A stretch of DNA of 64,000 nt, from the NCBI GenBank assembly GCA_963676565.1, contig OY781089.1, forward strand, positions 1,824,001-1,888,000. Direction: 5' to 3'. The notes under the pieces were generated by a model, which was not told the DNA's origin, ran no database searches, and saw nothing but the letters and a program-made list of their open reading frames with translations. A program made the position numbers and the translations under genes. Source of the DNA: Halarcobacter sp. Lineage in GTDB: Bacteria > Campylobacterota > Campylobacteria > Campylobacterales > Arcobacteraceae. Shown here in pieces: positions 61,273 to 64,000 of the stretch (positions within the stretch are counted from its first letter, which is position 1; each line of letters opens with the position of its first letter).

Positions 61273-61614
61273 ATGAAAAAGATAGATTTAGAATTAATAC
61301 AAAATGATGTACTTCAAAAATTAAAGTCAATAAATGACATCGAATTACCTTTAAATATATATGACTTAGGATTAATTCAAGGTACAAAAATTGAGATTTC
61401 AAAGGAAAGTAAAGTGAATGTAGAAATTACCATAACACAAATTGATTCTAGGCAAAATAATCAATTTTATTTTATTGATGAGATAAAAAAACAACTTCAA
61501 GGAATTGAAAGTATTGGTGAGTCAAATGTTAATTTTGTAATTGGACCAAAATGGGACTCATCAATGATGACACCAAGAGGTTTAGAAAAATTAATCAATA
61601 TTAATAGTTTATAA
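61273..61614 (+). CDS. DUF59/FeS_assembly_P-like protein, Cys-free
   Basis: DIELPLNIYDLGLI, PKWDSSMMT; start MKKID after AAGGAG. Confidence 0.78.
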   Translation: MKKIDLELIQNDVLQKLKSINDIELPLNIYDLGLIQGTKIEISKESKVNVEITITQIDSRQNNQFYFIDEIKKQLQGIESIGESNVNFVIGPKWDSSMMTPRGLEKLININSL

Positions 61615-61631
61615 AGTAAAAAAGGTTTAAT

Positions 61632-62660
61632 TTGAGAATTAATATTTTTCCAATAGTTGTTTTATTTTTGATCTATTTCTCTTCTAGTCCTATATTTGGT
61701 CATGGTGTAAGCCAAGAGGAAAAAAATATGATACTAGAAGGTGAAAACTTAAAATATATCTATATTGGAATGATTCATATGTTAAAAGGTTATGATCACC
61801 TATTATTTTTATTAGGGATTGTTTTCCTAATAAAAAGCAGTTCTCAAATTATTAAGCTTATAACTGCTTTTACCTTAGGGCATAGTATAACTTTAATATT
61901 TGCCACTATTAATAGTATCCAGGTAAATAGTTATATTATCGAATCAACTATAGCATTTAGTGTTTGTTATATTGCCTTTGTAAATCTAAAAGGATTTGAG
62001 AAGCTTTTTAATATAAAACCATTAAACACTTTAGTTATGGTATTTATATTTGGATTAATCCATGGACTTGGTTTATCTTCAATATTACAACAGCTTCCTT
62101 TGAAAAGTGAAAGTTTATTATCAAATATTATTAGTTTTAACATTGGTATTGAGATTGGGCAACTTATTGCTATTTTTATAATCTATTTGATTTTATCTAT
62201 GATTAAAAAATATAGTATCTATAATATTTTTAAAATCTTTGTTAATATATTAATATACTTAGCAGGTTTGTTTCTTTGTTATATACAAATTCAAAACTAT
62301 TTATCAAACCCTTCTAGTCAAAAAGTAATTAATGAAGAAAAATATAAAGAGATTATTACTATAAATCTGCCAGCTCACTCTGAAATTGAATATAAAGTTT
62401 GGATGGATATTGGTAAAGAGCTTAAATATTCTTGGTATTCAGACAATACAAAATTATATTATGACTTCCATGGTGACCCTGCAAGTGAGGTAGGTGGATA
62501 TTTTGAAAGTTTCAAGGAAGGTACATCAAGTAAGGATAGTGGAAAAATTGTATCAAGCTTTGTTGGAAAACATGGTTGGTATTGGAGAAATGATTCTAAT
62601 TATCTTACAACTATAGTATTAAAATTAAATGGAGATTACAAACTTGAGCACAGAAAATAG
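61632..62660 (+). CDS. HupE/UreJ-family transporter fused to a soluble His/Trp domain
   Basis: GYDHLLFL, TAFTLGHSITL, FGLIHGLG, FNIGIEIGQ; C-terminal YDFHGDP...HGWYWRN. Confidence 0.82.
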   Translation: MRINIFPIVVLFLIYFSSSPIFGHGVSQEEKNMILEGENLKYIYIGMIHMLKGYDHLLFLLGIVFLIKSSSQIIKLITAFTLGHSITLIFATINSIQVNSYIIESTIAFSVCYIAFVNLKGFEKLFNIKPLNTLVMVFIFGLIHGLGLSSILQQLPLKSESLLSNIISFNIGIEIGQLIAIFIIYLILSMIKKYSIYNIFKIFVNILIYLAGLFLCYIQIQNYLSNPSSQKVINEEKYKEIITINLPAHSEIEYKVWMDIGKELKYSWYSDNTKLYYDFHGDPASEVGGYFESFKEGTSSKDSGKIVSSFVGKHGWYWRNDSNYLTTIVLKLNGDYKLEHRK

Positions 62661-62703
62661 CAAAGACTACTCTCTTGCTATATTTTTTAGTTAAGGTATT
62701 ATT

Positions 62704-63039
62704 ATGGAAAAAGAACAAAAAGATATATTAAAACAAAAAGTTATTGAACAGTTAAATACTATTGAGGATTTAGAAGTTCCTATTAGTATTTATGAATTAG
62801 GATTAGTTTACGATATTTTTATTGAATCTCTTGAAGAAGAAATAGAGGTTACAATTCATCTAACTCAAATTAATTTAAGGTGTAATAGTAATAAGTCCTT
62901 TTTAGATTTAATATCTTCAAAGGTTGAATCTATAGAGGAAATAGATAAATGTAAAGTAAAACTTGTTTTTACTCCTAAATGGGATTTTACTATGATATCT
63001 GCTGAAGGACTTAAGAAATTAAGAAAAAATGCTAATTAA
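62704..63039 (+). CDS. DUF59/FeS_assembly_P-like protein
   Basis: DLEVPISIYELGLVY, LTQINLRC, VFTPKWDFTMIS. Confidence 0.8.
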   Translation: MEKEQKDILKQKVIEQLNTIEDLEVPISIYELGLVYDIFIESLEEEIEVTIHLTQINLRCNSNKSFLDLISSKVESIEEIDKCKVKLVFTPKWDFTMISAEGLKKLRKNAN

Positions 63040-63068
63040 GATATAATACTAAAAACAAAAGAGTATAT

Positions 63069-63470
63069 ATGAAACAGGATTTAAGGTTTAATCTAGAAGA
63101 TATTAGCCAGATTATAATTGGTGCCTTTGCTTTAGCAATTCCAATATCCTTTTCTCAAGAAGCTTGGGAATTAGGAGAAACACTCCCTTTTACAAATCTA
63201 CTTTTACTACTTTTCTTATCTTTTTTCTTTTTAGGATTTTACACCTATCAATCTATTTTTCAAGGTAATGTAAAATATAGAATGTTTGCTTTTATTTTTA
63301 GAGTTGTAATCGCTTATTTAATAGCCTTTGTTGTTGTATCATTAATTTTATTCTCTATTGGAAAACTTCCTTTAATCGATGAGACTCTTATTACTATTAA
63401 AAGAATTATAGTTATATCAATGCCCGCCTCAATGGGTGCAATTATAGTTGATGGTTTTGACAAAGAATAA
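63069..63470 (+). CDS. Membrane protein (DUF2391-like)
   Basis: EDISQIIIGAFAL.PISFSQEAW, MPASMGAIIVD. Confidence 0.75.
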   Translation: MKQDLRFNLEDISQIIIGAFALAIPISFSQEAWELGETLPFTNLLLLLFLSFFFLGFYTYQSIFQGNVKYRMFAFIFRVVIAYLIAFVVVSLILFSIGKLPLIDETLITIKRIIVISMPASMGAIIVDGFDKE

Positions 63471-63472
63471 AA

Positions 63473-63787
63473 ATGATTGAAAATATTTTTAAAGATATAA
63501 AAATTGATAAAGAAAATGAACAGTTTTTTGATTTGATAAAAAAAGATGATATCAGAATAGAAAAAATTGTTTCAAATGGGCAAGTTTCCCCAAAAGATTT
63601 TTGGTATTCACAAGATGAAAATGAGTTTGTTATTGTACTAAAAGGTGAAGCTATTTTAGAATTTGAGGATAAAGAGTTTACTTTAAAAGAGGGTGATTAT
63701 ATTAATATAAAAAAGAAAGAAAAACATAGAGTTAAATACACTAGTCAAAGCAATCCTACAATTTGGTTAGCAATATTTTATAAGTAG
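63473..63787 (+). CDS. Cupin domain protein
   Basis: RIEKIVSNG, WYSQDENEFV, KHRV, TIWLA. Confidence 0.88.
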   Translation: MIENIFKDIKIDKENEQFFDLIKKDDIRIEKIVSNGQVSPKDFWYSQDENEFVIVLKGEAILEFEDKEFTLKEGDYINIKKKEKHRVKYTSQSNPTIWLAIFYK

Positions 63788-63793
63788 TTTTTC

Positions 63794-63820
63794 AAACCCC
63801 AAGTTTTATACTTGGGATTT
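63794..63820. terminator. Hairpin between convergent genes
   Basis: AAACCCCAAG-TTTTATA-CTTGGGATTT. Confidence 0.65.
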
Positions 63821-63825
63821 ATATA

Positions 63826-64000
63826 TTAAACTATTTTATTAATTACAACTTTGAAGTCTAAATCAGCACCTGCCATTGGGTGATTATAGTCAACTGTTAC
63901 ATTTTCTTTATCAACTTCTATAACAGTAGCTTTAAAAGTGTTTCCATCTTCATCATCTGCTTCTAAAACTAAACCAATCTCTAAATCAATCCCTTCAAAT
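63826..64000 (-). CDS. Second SlyD-like FKBP PPIase, 5' end outside window (absent from ORF track)
   Basis: Read from sequence: FEGIDLEIGLVLEADDEDG...VDYNHPMAGADLDFKVVINKIV*. Confidence 0.88.
   Translation of the reverse strand, partial: FEGIDLEIGLVLEADDEDGNTFKATVIEVDKENVTVDYNHPMAGADLDFKVVINKIV

Overview
Very AT-rich bacterial chromosome segment. Gene content and order suggest Campylobacterota, most likely Arcobacteraceae (inference). Positions 1-37.5 kb are mostly core genome: dapD, a GGDEF protein, the rluA-family/FN3/trmB/ftsE/ftsX/envC cluster, rodA, hemL, ppnP, rpoD, leuDB, rpmJ-rpsM-rpsK-rpsD-rpoA-rplQ, gatA and guaB. Embedded in this is a sulfur-respiration module: psrABC-like polysulfide/thiosulfate reductase, a divergent MqnK/MenK-like menaquinone methyltransferase, a response regulator, a histidine kinase and a stand-alone Cache sensor. 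From 37.5 kb to the end lies a patchwork accessory region: mazEF, LysE exporters, ABC-F, AraC, a GH19-like lysin, an MCP, a DUF59-HupE/UreJ-DUF59 unit and two SlyD-like PPIases. No integrase, transposase, tRNA, rRNA or CRISPR array was seen. The most notable non-coding signals are mirror-image 17-bp boxes in the mqnK/psrA divergent promoter, a ~205-nt structured leader before rpmJ, a 142-bp ERIC-like element after guaB, REP-like junction motifs, a uORF/anti-SD attenuator before the ABC-F gene, and a duplicated promoter. Family calls are from motif recognition by eye; no searches were run.
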